Assembly (NCBI RefSeq): GCF_020745735.1
Contig: NC_083430.1
Location: forward strand, 36,570,909 to 36,634,908
Reading direction: 5' to 3'
DNA from: Hemiscyllium ocellatum
Taxonomy: Eukaryota
Length of the DNA stretch: 64,000 nt
Position 1 is the first letter of the stretch. The number at the start of each line of letters is the position of its first letter. The position numbers and the translations under genes are program-made. Below are positions 23,521 to 34,039 of this stretch, in pieces. The notes beneath the pieces are model-generated. The model did not search any database, was not told the origin of the DNA, and saw nothing but the letters and a program-made list of their open reading frames with translations.

Positions 23521-24959
23521 CTTCAGGACATCAGGAAGAAGAGAGTTCATTTGTATAAAATAAATGGGCAGAACATGCACAGGTAAATCCTAATTTACTA
23601 AACTAGCAGATAGCTATTCCGGTCTCAACTAAACAGAATGTAAGCAAGTACAACAATCTCAGATTTAACAAAAGCCTTGCAGTAACTAGACTGAAATAAC
23701 TTGCCAGCATGTCTTGGAAAGCTGAGGGTCAGGTTGCCCAAATAAACTTACTTATGGAATTGCTGTGGTTTCATGGTATTCATAGAAACATATGAGCAAG
23801 AGCAAACCATTCAGCACCTCGAACTTGCTGTGCCATTCCACACAATCGCTGATCATCTACCTCATCACAACTTCTCACTTATTCATGGGATGGTGGGTAT
23901 CACTGGCTCGGGCAATATGTATTGTCCACCCCTAAGTTGCCAGAGGGTAGTTTTAAGTAAACCACTTTGCTGTGGGCCTGAAGTCATATGTAGGCCAGAC
24001 CATGTAAGAATGGCTGTTCCCTTCCAAAAAGGACATTAGTGAAGCAGATGGGTTTTTCCTGAAACAATCAATAATGATTTCATGGTCACCATTAGACTCT
24101 TAATTCCAGATTTGCTTTTATTGAATTCAAATTGCATCATCTGTCATGGTGGGATTTGAACCCAAAACATTACCTGGATTTTTAGATTAACAGTCTAGTG
24201 AGAATGCCACTACACCTTTGCCTTTATATATCCCTTGATGTCATTACTGTTTGAAATCAATTCCTGAACAAACTCAATGACTGAGTTTCTGCTGTCCTCT
24301 GGGGATACAGCATTTCCAAAGATTCACTATTCTCTGGGTAAGGAAGTTCCTCATCTCAATCCTAAACAGCGCGTCCCTTATTCTGAGAGCTAGTTGTACA
24401 TCGCCCACCCCCACCCAAGAGAAAGATCCTTTGCGCATCCACCCTATCTAATTTAAATATTGTTATCAGCTGCATAAGCATCTGTCATTGTCTGCAGCAA
24501 GCTAGAAAATCAAGCTGATTGCAAATGGATAATGATATCAAGACTAGAAAGCCACAAGGCTACAGTTGGGACACATATTTTAGATAAAGGAGTGGATCTG
24601 AAGAAATTCTGCAAAACAAATCTTTAGGATGTTGCATAATGAGGAACCTCTGCAATGCTGCAGATATGACATTGAGATCTACTGGCTACAGAAAAGGTAA
24701 AAAAGATGCCAGTGACAGATAATCATTCCCATACTCTCGGACACATACATATTGGTGGTTTGGCTCAGTTTTCATTAATAAACCCACAATGCTGTCCCTC
24801 ACCCTCACAAATACCATGTAAAACCTCCCCAAGCAAAGCTAGTCTTCATAATTAACTTCAGCAGGAAGAATAAAAACAAAGATATTTCAAATCAAATGGG
24901 ATTTGACACAGAAAATGAACCTCAGTTATCTCAGGATTCACCATTAATAGCTTCTTTAT

Positions 24960-24983
24960 AATCAATCAATCAATCAATCAATC
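24960..24983 (+). repeat. (AATC)n microsatellite
   Basis: About six direct copies of aatc. Confidence 0.9.
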
Positions 24984-25218
24984 TCCTATTTCTTTACCTA
25001 TGCCTTGATTAATCCCCTTTTGCTCTACACCACCATCTCTTTTTGTCATTTAATTTCCGCTATGACAGAACCTTCTATTCATCCTTTTCTATCATTGTCC
25101 TCGTCACCTTACCCTTTCTTTGCACTTACATAAAAACTGTGACATTTCTAACAACTTCCAGTTCTGACAAATGACCGTCAACCTGAACGTTTGTTTCTCT
25201 CTTCACAAATGCTGTATG

Positions 25219-25305
25219 GGACTAGGTTGGGTTGGGATATCTAGTCGGCATGGATGGGTTGAACCAAAGGGTCTGTTTCCATGCTGTACATCTCTATGAC
25301 TATAT
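25219..25305 (+). mobile_element. CR1 LINE 3'-end fragment
   Basis: gggactaggttgggttgggatatct...ccatgctgtacatctctatgact is the reverse complement of the LINE 3' end at 1690-1770. Confidence 0.85.
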
Positions 25306-25542
25306 GACCCTTTCAGACAAAGGGTTTCCCATGTTTCCAAGATTCACAACATGTCACTTTGCAATTTCTTAAGCAATTCGCCCCACAGGGATCATGGGTA
25401 TCTTTGAAAAGGAAAAGCAGAGAGTGGATTGTATTAAAAGCTGATTTGCTCAAATAAATGTAAACAAAAGAAACATACAGTCACTCACACTGATGAACGA
25501 TCTCTCACCACGTCTATGTATAAATACCCAGTCTGGTCTCAC

Positions 25543-25689
25543 CTGAGCGATGCCAGCCAAAGTTCATGGTTTTAGTTGCAGGCCGAGAAGAAATCCACAG
25601 TGAAAACAAGCTGACAAGCATAGTGGCAAAGTCCGTCAAGAGATGAGCAGCATCGGTCATGATAGCCAGACTCTGTGCCAAGTATCCCC
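25543..25689 (-). CDS. SLC30A2: ZnT2 exon 3 ([48 protein letters not shown])
   Basis: ttcttattcag| ... G|gtgaga; 147 nt; TM2 HxxxD motif; [13 protein letters not shown] is ZnT2-like. Confidence 0.95.
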
Positions 25690-26449
25690 CTGAATAAGAA
25701 AGATAAATGGTTGGCAAGGATCAGAACAAAGGATTTCAATATTATCCCTATTTATTCCAACATCCTGAGTAGCCACCACAATACCATTGCACAATAGCCC
25801 TACTCCATTTTAATTTTCTCCCCATCTTTTCTGAAGAAGGTTCCCGTTTCTGGACATAATTCTGACACCAATGTACCATAAGTAACCACGCTTTAGGGAT
25901 TAAGAAGTTTTAATGGGCTAGTTGATCTGTACATATGCACTTTGCCATTAGAAATGGTGAAGAGTGAAAACTGGATAATTTCAATGATCCTTCCCAAATA
26001 CACCAAGGCTGATTGCAACGACCGTTCAACCATGGGCATGGTTGACTCAGCAACGTCAATGCCAGGAATTTCCGATTCAAATGGTTCTTTACTAATTTGA
26101 ATTGGTTAAAGGAATTTATTTTCAAAAATGTATTGGTTTAAGTATTCTCCTTAACAGAACCCAATTAACACTAGTTTCAAATCAAATATGGAATTGAAAT
26201 GCTTGGACGGTATAGCGACAAAAATATCTTTCCATTCTTTTGTAGGAGAGTAGCTGCAGCTCAGAGGATAATACCCTCACCCAAGTTAGAAGGTCCTGGA
26301 TTAATTTCACATTCCAGGCACAAGGACACTGATCTAGGCTAATATTCTTAATGCAATATTGAATGTGCTACACTAACGTAAGTGCTGTTTTTCAGATACA
26401 ACGTTAAACCAATGTATATTACATCAGTGAAAGTAAAAAGATTACACAA

Positions 26450-26683
26450 TGTAGTGATTCTAATGAAGTTAGCCAGGTAGATCTCATAGAACATAAGTTC
26501 CCTGACTGGACTCGGCTAACTGCCCCAATCAAGGAGCCCTGGCTGACAGATATAAACAGGAGAGTCAGACATCCTGTTCACTCAGAGCTGGCTCTGAGGA
26601 AGCCAGACAAGTCTCAAGTGCTATGTATATGTAAACAAAGGATGACTTGGTGGTGGGATACCAGCCTCTGTAGAGTTATTTCA
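26450..26683 (+). mobile_element. Solo-LTR-like element (TG...CA) inserted into a Deu-domain SINE
   Basis: Starts TGTAGTGATT, ends GTTATTTCA, has an internal TATAAA, and interrupts the SINE. A diverged reverse copy lies at ~49058-49312. Confidence 0.5.
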
Positions 26684-26908
26684 TGCAGTACTATTGAAAG
26701 AGCAACGGTTAATTATGGCTACTGTTCTGGTCAATATTCATATCTCAACCAATGCCATCTGGCAATTATCAAATAGCTGTTTGTGTGAGCTTGCTGTCAG
26801 CTGCATTTCCCACATTACCACAGTGGTCCCACTTCAAACATTATCAATAAAGTATGCTGAGGATGTTAAATATCCAAGATAATAATAAGTTGTTGTTTCC
26901 TTCTTTAC

Positions 26909-27117
26909 CTATTATTTCACTAATTATAAAGACCAAACAAACAGCAGAAGCTAGATATAGCCTCCTACGGGCATTCTCTTTATCCACTTCCTTATGATCT
27001 CCAGAGGATTGGCTGGAATGGCAATGCCCAGGCTCCAGTTGTTCTAGGACAGGGTCCATATGTTTCAGACTGCCACGTAATTTGGTTGAAAAGGTTTCAC
27101 AGTGCTCCAGGGAAGTG
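26909..27117 (-). CDS. SLC30A2: ZnT2 exon 2 (TSLEHCETF...PGHCHSSQ...ARRRLYLASAVCLVFIISEII)
   Basis: tttatag| ... G|gtaaag; 209 nt; N-terminal HCH motif and TM1. Confidence 0.92.
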
Positions 27118-27315
27118 CTATAAACCAAAGAGGAAAACAAAACCTATAAATATAATAAAGGGAAATGGCAATATAGTAGTAACATCACTGTATTAGTAAT
27201 CCACAGAGCCAGACTAATGCTCTGAGTTCAAATCACCCCACATGGTAGCTGATGGAAACTAAATTTAATCAATGGTGTCATCATGTTATAAAGTACAGAC
27301 TACTGATCGTTAATC

Positions 27316-27612
27316 GGGCGGCACGATGGCACAGTGGTTAGCACTGCTGCCTCACAGCGTCAGAGACCCGGGTTCATTCCCGTCTCAGGCAACTTTGTGT
27401 GTGGAGTTTGCACATTCTCCCCGTGTCTGAGTGGGTTTCCTCTGGGTGCTCCGGTTTCCTCCCACAGTCAGAAAACGTGCAGGTTAGGTGAATTGGCCAT
27501 GTTAAATTGCCTGTAGTGTTAGGTGAAGGGGTAAGTGTCGGGGAATGGGTGTGGGTGGGTTACTAGTTGGGCTGAAGGGCTTATTTCCACACTAAGTAAT
27601 CTAAATCTAAAT
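27316..27612 (+). mobile_element. tRNA-derived V-domain SINE (HE1-like)
   Basis: A box tggcacagtggtt, B box ggttcattccc, V domain and a (taatc)-type tail; near-identical to 43924-44233. Confidence 0.9.
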
Positions 27613-28353
27613 TTCCACTGATCTGACGCCTGGAACTTACATGGAAGGAAACGTCTTCTAAAAAAAGGAACTCAAAACACTAACACAAAATGGCCACAGG
27701 GATCACCTGACCCACACAGGTTAATTTCATGAAATCAATATAAATTAGACCAACGTATAATATGAGCTGAAATTAACATTCTCCCCATGGCCAATCAAAT
27801 CAGTCAGTAAAGCCCCATGCAAACAGTGAAACAGTTCTTATGTGCTACTTGATCGACATCATTATGAGAATCTACAAATGTTGGAGTTAAAGCATCTATT
27901 TCAATTAGCAATCTGGAAACAACACCTCCATGGACTCAGCTTTTATTATAAAAAGGAGCATTTTGACAGACCAAGAGAGCTGGAATTAAGAAAGCAGAAC
28001 CGAACATACACTGACAATTTTGAAAAACATGAAGATTTGTGAGAGTAACTACAGTTGAAGGGGAGCCACAGGGGAACAATTAGATTTAAACCAGTCATAA
28101 GCTGATCTCACTGCATCAAGACCTTTGAAATAATTGGAAAAATAACTCCTTGTTATTGGACTTCTAAATTCTCCCTGCGTTCCTTGCCTCCCTCCACCTT
28201 ATAACTTCTCTGTTTTATTTTTCTTTGCATGTTCGGGAACTGATTTACTGTTGCTTCAATCAAGCATTAGATGTACTGTTTTTAAATCATTTATTTTTAA
28301 AAACTTGAGCGAGTTTAGTCAATGAATACAATTTTAAAACACACAAGAGAATC

Positions 28354-28580
28354 AAAACAGAAAATCAAAGAACTGTGGATGCTGAAAATCTAAAACAGAC
28401 ACAAAAAGTAGCTGGAGAAACTCAGCAAGTCTGGCAGCATCTGTGGAGAGAAAGACAAATTAATGTTTCAGGTTCAGCTATCTTGCTTCAGAACCAAACA
28501 GGACACAAAACATTCACTCTGCTTTCTTTCCACAGATGCTTTTAGACCTGCTGAGTTTCTCCAACAATTTCTGTTGTGGT
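28354..28580. mobile_element. Fold-back PLE-terminus element with 9-bp TSD
   Basis: Arms gctggagaaactcagcaagtctggcagcatctgtgga / tccacagatgcttttagacctgctgagtttctccaac. TSD aagagaatc at 28345-28353 and 28581-28589. Confidence 0.75.
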
Positions 28581-29014
28581 AAGAGAATCTGTCTGATTTT
28601 ATTTCTGCATCTCATATATGACTATGCTATACAAAAAGAGTCTAGAATTTAAAATTCACTTCATTAACAACAGCTTTGTATGCAATGAGAGGAAAGTAGC
28701 TTATTCACTTTAATGGACCAGTCGCAACAATAAAATTTGGAATTGAGAGCTAATCTCAGTGATGGTAACCACAAAATTATTGGTGATTATCTTAAGAACC
28801 CATCAAATTCACTACGAACATTTAGAACAGGAAATCTGCTAGGCTTAGGCAGGCAGGCGAATATGTGACATTCAACCTGCAACAATGTGATTAACACAAC
28901 TTTTCTCATGGGCAATAATGATTGCCCTTACCAGTAATGTCCACATCACATGATTAAATTTTTAAAATAACAAAATGTCAATTCAACCCTCTGAATGCCT
29001 TTGCCCATCTTTTA

Positions 29015-30152
29015 TAGTCATAGAGATGTACATCACGGAAACAGACCCTTCGGTCCAACCTGTCCATGTCGACCAGATATCCCAACCCAATCTAGTCCCA
29101 CATGCCAGCACCCAGCTCATATCCCTCCAAGCGCTTCCTATTCATATATCCATCCAAATGCCTTTTAAACATTTCAATTGTACTAGCCTCCACCACTTCA
29201 TCTGGCAGCTCATTCCATACACGTACAATCCTCTGAGTGACAAAGTTGCCCCTTAGGTCTCTTTTATAGCTTTCCCCTCTCACTCTAAACCTATGTCCTC
29301 TAGTTCTGGACTCCCCGACCCCAGGGAAAAGGCTTTGCCTATTTACCCTATCCATGCCCTTCATAATTTTGTAAATCTCTATAAGTTCACCCCTCAGCCT
29401 CCGATGCTCCAGGGAAAACAGCCCCAGCCTGTTCAGCCAATCCCTATAGGTCAAATCCTCCAACCCTAGCAATATCCTTGTGAATCTTTTCACAATATCT
29501 TTCCGATAGGAAGGAGACCAGAACTGTACACAATATTCCAACAGTAGTCTAACCAATGTCCTGTACTCAATACTCTGACCAATAAAGATTTGCACATCCT
29601 GTCCCTCAGGATTCCCTCCAACAAGTTACCCACCACTGATGTCAGGCTCACTGGTCTATAGTTCCTTGGCTTGTCCTTATCACCTTTCTTAAACATGTTA
29701 GTCAATCTCCAGTCTTCCAGCACCCCACTTGTGACTATCAATGATACAAATATTTCAGCAAGAGGCCCAGCAATCACCTTTCACTTCCCACAGAGCTCTA
29801 GGGTACACCTGATCAGGTCCTGGGGATTTATCCACTTTTATGTGCTTCAAGACATCCAGCATTTCCTCCTCTATAATATGCACATTTTTCAAGATGTCAC
29901 CATCTATTTGCCTACATTCTATATCTTGCATGTCCTTTTCCACAGTAAATACGGATGCAAAATAAGCGTTTAATATCTCCCCCATTTTCTGTGGCTCCGC
30001 ACAAAGGCCACCTTGCTGATCTTTGAGGGGCCCTATTCTCTCCCTAGTTACCCTTTTGTCCTTAATATATTTGTAAAGACCCTTTGAATCTCTTAAATTC
30101 TATTTGCCAAAGCTATCTCATGTCCCCTTTTTGCCCTCCTGATTTCTCTCAA
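29015..30152 (-). mobile_element. CR1-clade LINE with internal deletion
   Basis: ORFs 29755..29985 (KSPGPDQVYPR), 29490..29777 (NYRPVSLTSVVG) and 29092..29595. The central RT core is missing. Confidence 0.9.
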
Positions 30153-32066
30153 GTATAATCTATCAATTCTAACTTTTTAATCCAATATCTTGTTTCCCCG
30201 CATTACTCCAACCCTTAGTTAAAAAGCTTGATTCCAATACTGATAAATTTTGCAAATATGGCCTGCTGAAGCAATCCAGTGTTCCTGATTTCACTCTTCT
30301 TTTTGAAAGGGTTCTATTACCCAGTTTATCACTCTCAAAGTACTGCTTGCCTCAAACTTCTGTCACTTTCAATATTATGCCCCAAGATGTCAATCAGATC
30401 CACATTGCCAGTTTAGGTTGGAGTTGGTTGCATTAAATAAAACTCAAAACGAATGTCTAACTAATTTTCTTGAGACAGCCTACCTTGCCACTTTCATTCC
30501 CCATGGCACTGGGCTGCCCTGCAATTTGTCAGACAGACTTAAATCTAACATCAGGCTACATATATTGCCAAACGAACAGCACATTCTACCAGTTGATCAC
30601 CCAAAGGTGAATGATCAACCCTGTTCTTTACCTGCATGGTGTTGAGATGTTCACTGATTCATTCTGTTGATCGCAACATTCTCAAAATCTTCATTTCTAA
30701 ATCTTGGCTCAGGGGCCACTATCAGTGGGGTTAAGGGTGTGGGTTCAAGCCTAACTCAAAATTTGGGAACAAAATCTTGACTAACACTCTAGTGCATTGT
30801 CAGAGGTGTTGTTCTGCATGAGACATTACACCAAGGCTCAGCCTGGACATTTGGATGAACACAATAGATCTCATTATACTAATTCAAAGTAGAGAAGAGT
30901 TCTTCCCGCTGCCAGAAACAATATTTCAATTAAAAATTACTTTAACATAGCACTGTGATGACCACTCAATTTCTTCAACTGCTTTACCAAAATAATATAA
31001 TTACTGAAATGCCAATATCTAGATTCTTTTAATGTGAGGTGATTGCCATACTCTATCGTACAGTCTGTGGCAGAGCAAGGTGTTTGTCCAATGACAGGGA
31101 AAGCTGAGATCACAGACACCAAACTCCATTGCCTGGATGGGGACAAACATTATTAATCCCTATCCTAGGGAGCTGTTGTCCTGCTTGCTTGTGGGTCAGC
31201 ATCAGAGCAGAGAGTGCTCTGTATCAACAAGCCCCTGTAAATTCAGCAGACACATTGCTGGAACGACATCAGGCTGCTGTTCAAATCCAGGAATAGCACA
31301 AAAATAGGTTGTTCAATCATTGCCACATTTGTTGCTAGTGGGATCTTGCTTATCTGCATTGCTGTGATGTAAGAAACATGGCACTCAGTTCAGCAGGACC
31401 TCAAGTGCTATCATGCAAGGCACTATATAAATGTAAGTCTTTTCCCTCACTTCTCCAATTACTAGCTTTTAAAAGTACAGCTTGGTATTGTCCTGGCTTT
31501 ACTTCCTTTCACCTGTAGTCCCCTGTACTCCCCACCAAGCTGTTTGCTAATTTTCTTTCTTCCCCTTATCCGTTACTGGTTTGTTCAATTTCCTTTATGT
31601 GGCTCATTCAAGCGACCCGTTCTTCAATGTCTGGGGCAGGAAACTATCGAACTGCAATGGGCATCACAAATTTGATTCTTACCTAATAACCATTTCCAAA
31701 TAACACGCGCCATCCCAATGGGGAATAAAGTGCTGGAGAAATTCAGCAGGTATGGCAGCTCTGCAGAATCACGGGACTCGAACCACGAATTCTTTTGGCC
31801 TCTCCAGTACTCGCTGGGTTTTTAAAATGTCAAAGCTCCAGCATGCGCGGTATTTCACTTCTATTCAGGAGGTTCGTTTTCGCCTCCCTTACTGGGCAAC
31901 ACTGAGAATGCAATTTTCGCCCAGTTAGTGGTCAGACCCAGGAACACGGAATTCTAACACACACCCAAACACCAGATGTCTGGGGAGTTTTTGAATTTCA
32001 CGGCAACCCCGGACGAAAGGCAAAGAGATGATGTTGAAGGCGGGCGAATGTTTGACTGACACTTAC

Positions 32067-32137
32067 CCGGCGGATCGGCTGCTCCCGGGGGCCAGCGAGT
32101 TCTTCAGAAGCGGAGATGTTTCGGGTATTTCATCCAT
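32067..32137 (-). CDS. SLC30A2: ZnT2 exon 1 coding part (MDEIPETSPLLKNSLAPGSSRSA)
   Basis: ATG in a good context (ACGATGG), donor GG|gtaagt, 71 nt, phase 2 matching exon 2. It sits in a CpG-rich region and contains an ExxxLL motif. Total CDS is 1161 nt (386 aa). Confidence 0.8.
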
Positions 32138-32229
32138 CGTTTTTCCAACTTGAAAAATAAAGGCGAGATCTCGTAGTTTGGGGCAAGTTCTCAATCCCAC
32201 TTGGGACTGTTCCCAGAGCTGAAAAACTT

Positions 32230-32353
32230 GAGTGCAAAGTTCCCCTGAGGGGGGTTTAAAGTGATCAGGAGACCTGGGACGTGTGCTCTGACATCTTTTT
32301 ATCAAGAGTTTCGGACCGTGTGGAACTGCTGAACCCGGCTCTCCCCGTGTGCA
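32230..32353 (-). promoter_or_regulatory. SLC30A2 core promoter with two metal-response elements and a TATA-like box
   Basis: The MRE core TGCRCNC occurs on the minus strand at 32230-32236 (TGCACTC) and 32347-32353 (TTTGCACACGG context). GATAAAAA lies between them at 32296-32303. Confidence 0.65.
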
Positions 32354-32538
32354 AATGGGAACTCGGGGGCAAAGTTGGAAACAATTCTAAAGCAAAGATT
32401 GGGGCGAGCTGTGCAAATATCACAAATTCTCCTGAAAATTGAAATCTTACCGATGAGCGTGTTCCAAAGTTGCATTTTTATTTCACCAACGTGGGTTGTT
32501 AATGTGAAATTTAAACCCAAACTCATAGCATTAGATAA

Positions 32539-32684
32539 TGATTTGGAGATGCCAGTGTTGGACTGGGGGTGGACGAAGTTAATAAAATCACACAACACCA
32601 GGTTAAAGTCCAACAGGTTTATTTGGAAGCTAGTGCTTCCAAATAAACCTGTTGGACTATAACCTGGTCTTGTGTGATTTTTTT
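32539..32684. mobile_element. Fold-back terminus of the first PLE family (47-bp arms, 4-nt loop) with 13-bp TSD
   Basis: aaaatcacacaacaccaggttaaagtccaacaggtttatttggaagc-tagt-gcttccaaataaacctgttggactataacctggtcttgtgtgatttt. TSD tag(c/t)attagataa at 32526-32538 and 32685-32697. The same terminus occurs at 1525-1580. Confidence 0.85.
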
Positions 32685-33165
32685 TAGTATTAGATAAATT
32701 AGTTTTACCGTGCTGTTGCTCATTCGACTTGTGTTTGTACGGTCTGCCCAAGCAAGGAAAACTTCTCAAAATTTCTCACATTTCAACAACAAATTGCATT
32801 TCCCCAAGAGGGACTGTAACCAGAGTGCTGAGGGTCAGGTGAGGAAGTTGGCTGAGGAGTGTACGTTTGTGTAACTGTAGGGGGCGCACTCACTGTCCAG
32901 GCATGCTGCAGGTAGACATCAGAATCTTATTCAGAGCTGTCGTAACAACTGCAGAACCAATAACGTCTTCCTGTTCAAACGGTTATCTGATGTGCAGCAC
33001 CGTACATCCTGGGTGATTTCACTCATCCAACCTAATATGCTCAAAATTGTAGTTTTAGTTCAATTGACTGGACGGTCAGTTGGCAATGCAGGGTGATGTC
33101 AACACCATGGGCTCAATTCCCACATTAGCTGAGGTTACAATGAAGGCTGAGATTACTCCATCTCA

Positions 33166-33712
33166 GCACTGTGGCTCAGTGGTTAGCACTGCTGCCGCAC
33201 AGTGCCAGGGACTCAGGTTTGATTTGACCCCTCTGCTGACTGCATGGAATTTGCACATTCTCCCTGGGTCTCGATGGGTTTTCTCCCACAGTCCAAAGAT
33301 GTACATGTTAGGTGGATTGGATGTGCTAAATTGCTCATTGTGACCAGGGATGTGCAGATAAGGTTGATTAGCTGTGGAAAGTGCAGGGTTACAGGGATAG
33401 GGTAGAGGATGTCAGTCTGGATAGGTTGCTGTTCGGAAGTCAGTGTGGATTTGATGGACCAAATAACCTGCTTTTGGATTAGTGGTGCTAGAAGAGCACA
33501 GCAGTTTAGGCAGCATCCGAGGAGTAGCAAAATCGACGTTTCGGGCAAAAGACCTTCATCAGGAATAATTTGCCCGAAACATCGATTTTGCCGCTCTTCG
33601 GATGCTGCCTGAACTGCTGTGCTCTTCCAGCACCACTAATCCAGAATCTGGTTTCCAGCATCTGCAGTTATTGTTTTTACCCAAATAACCTGCTTCCACA
33701 TTGTAGGGATTC
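33166..33712 (+). mobile_element. V-domain SINE interrupted by a PLE fold-back element
   Basis: SINE head tggctcagtggttagcactgct. The tail resumes after the insertion as ccaaataacctgcttccacattgtagggattct. Confidence 0.75.
33474..33680. mobile_element. Fold-back PLE-terminus mini-element with 15-bp TSD and minus-strand hammerhead core
   Basis: Arms ggattagtggtgct.gaagagcacagcag / ctgctgtgctcttccagcaccactaatcc. TSD ccaaataacctgctt at 33459-33473 and 33681-33695. Core ATTC-CTGATGA-AGGTC-TTTT-GCCC-GAAAC-GTC on the minus strand at ~33531-33566. Confidence 0.88.
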
Positions 33713-34039
33713 TGTGAGTCTCAATCTCTCCCCTCACCTGAGGTGTGGTGACTCTTGAGCCAAACTCACCGTTACCCATCTGTTTGTGGTGAGAGAGTAG
33801 CCCTATGGTCCTCTGGAACAATGGTGACTTTTGCTTACTTTCACATAGCCAAGGAAAGGCAGGGAGCCAAGCATCAGAGTGGGGCAGTGAGATGAGCTCA
33901 CGGTGGGGCAGCAAGTAGGGATCTGGGGTGGTTCGACAGTTTTTTTTCAGTGGGACACTGAAGTAGTAAGATGCTCACATTGAACTGAATGGTGACAAAG
34001 CTCCATAGCAGAATAGCAAGGCAAATGGTGCAGTGAGCT

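Noticed and set aside
17516-32137. Calling the transporter SLC30A8, because it is next to a MED30 gene and has a 71-nt first coding exon
   Set aside because: Sequence motifs ([42 protein letters not shown]) and adjacency to TRIM63 fit ZnT2 better. A phylogeny would be decisive.
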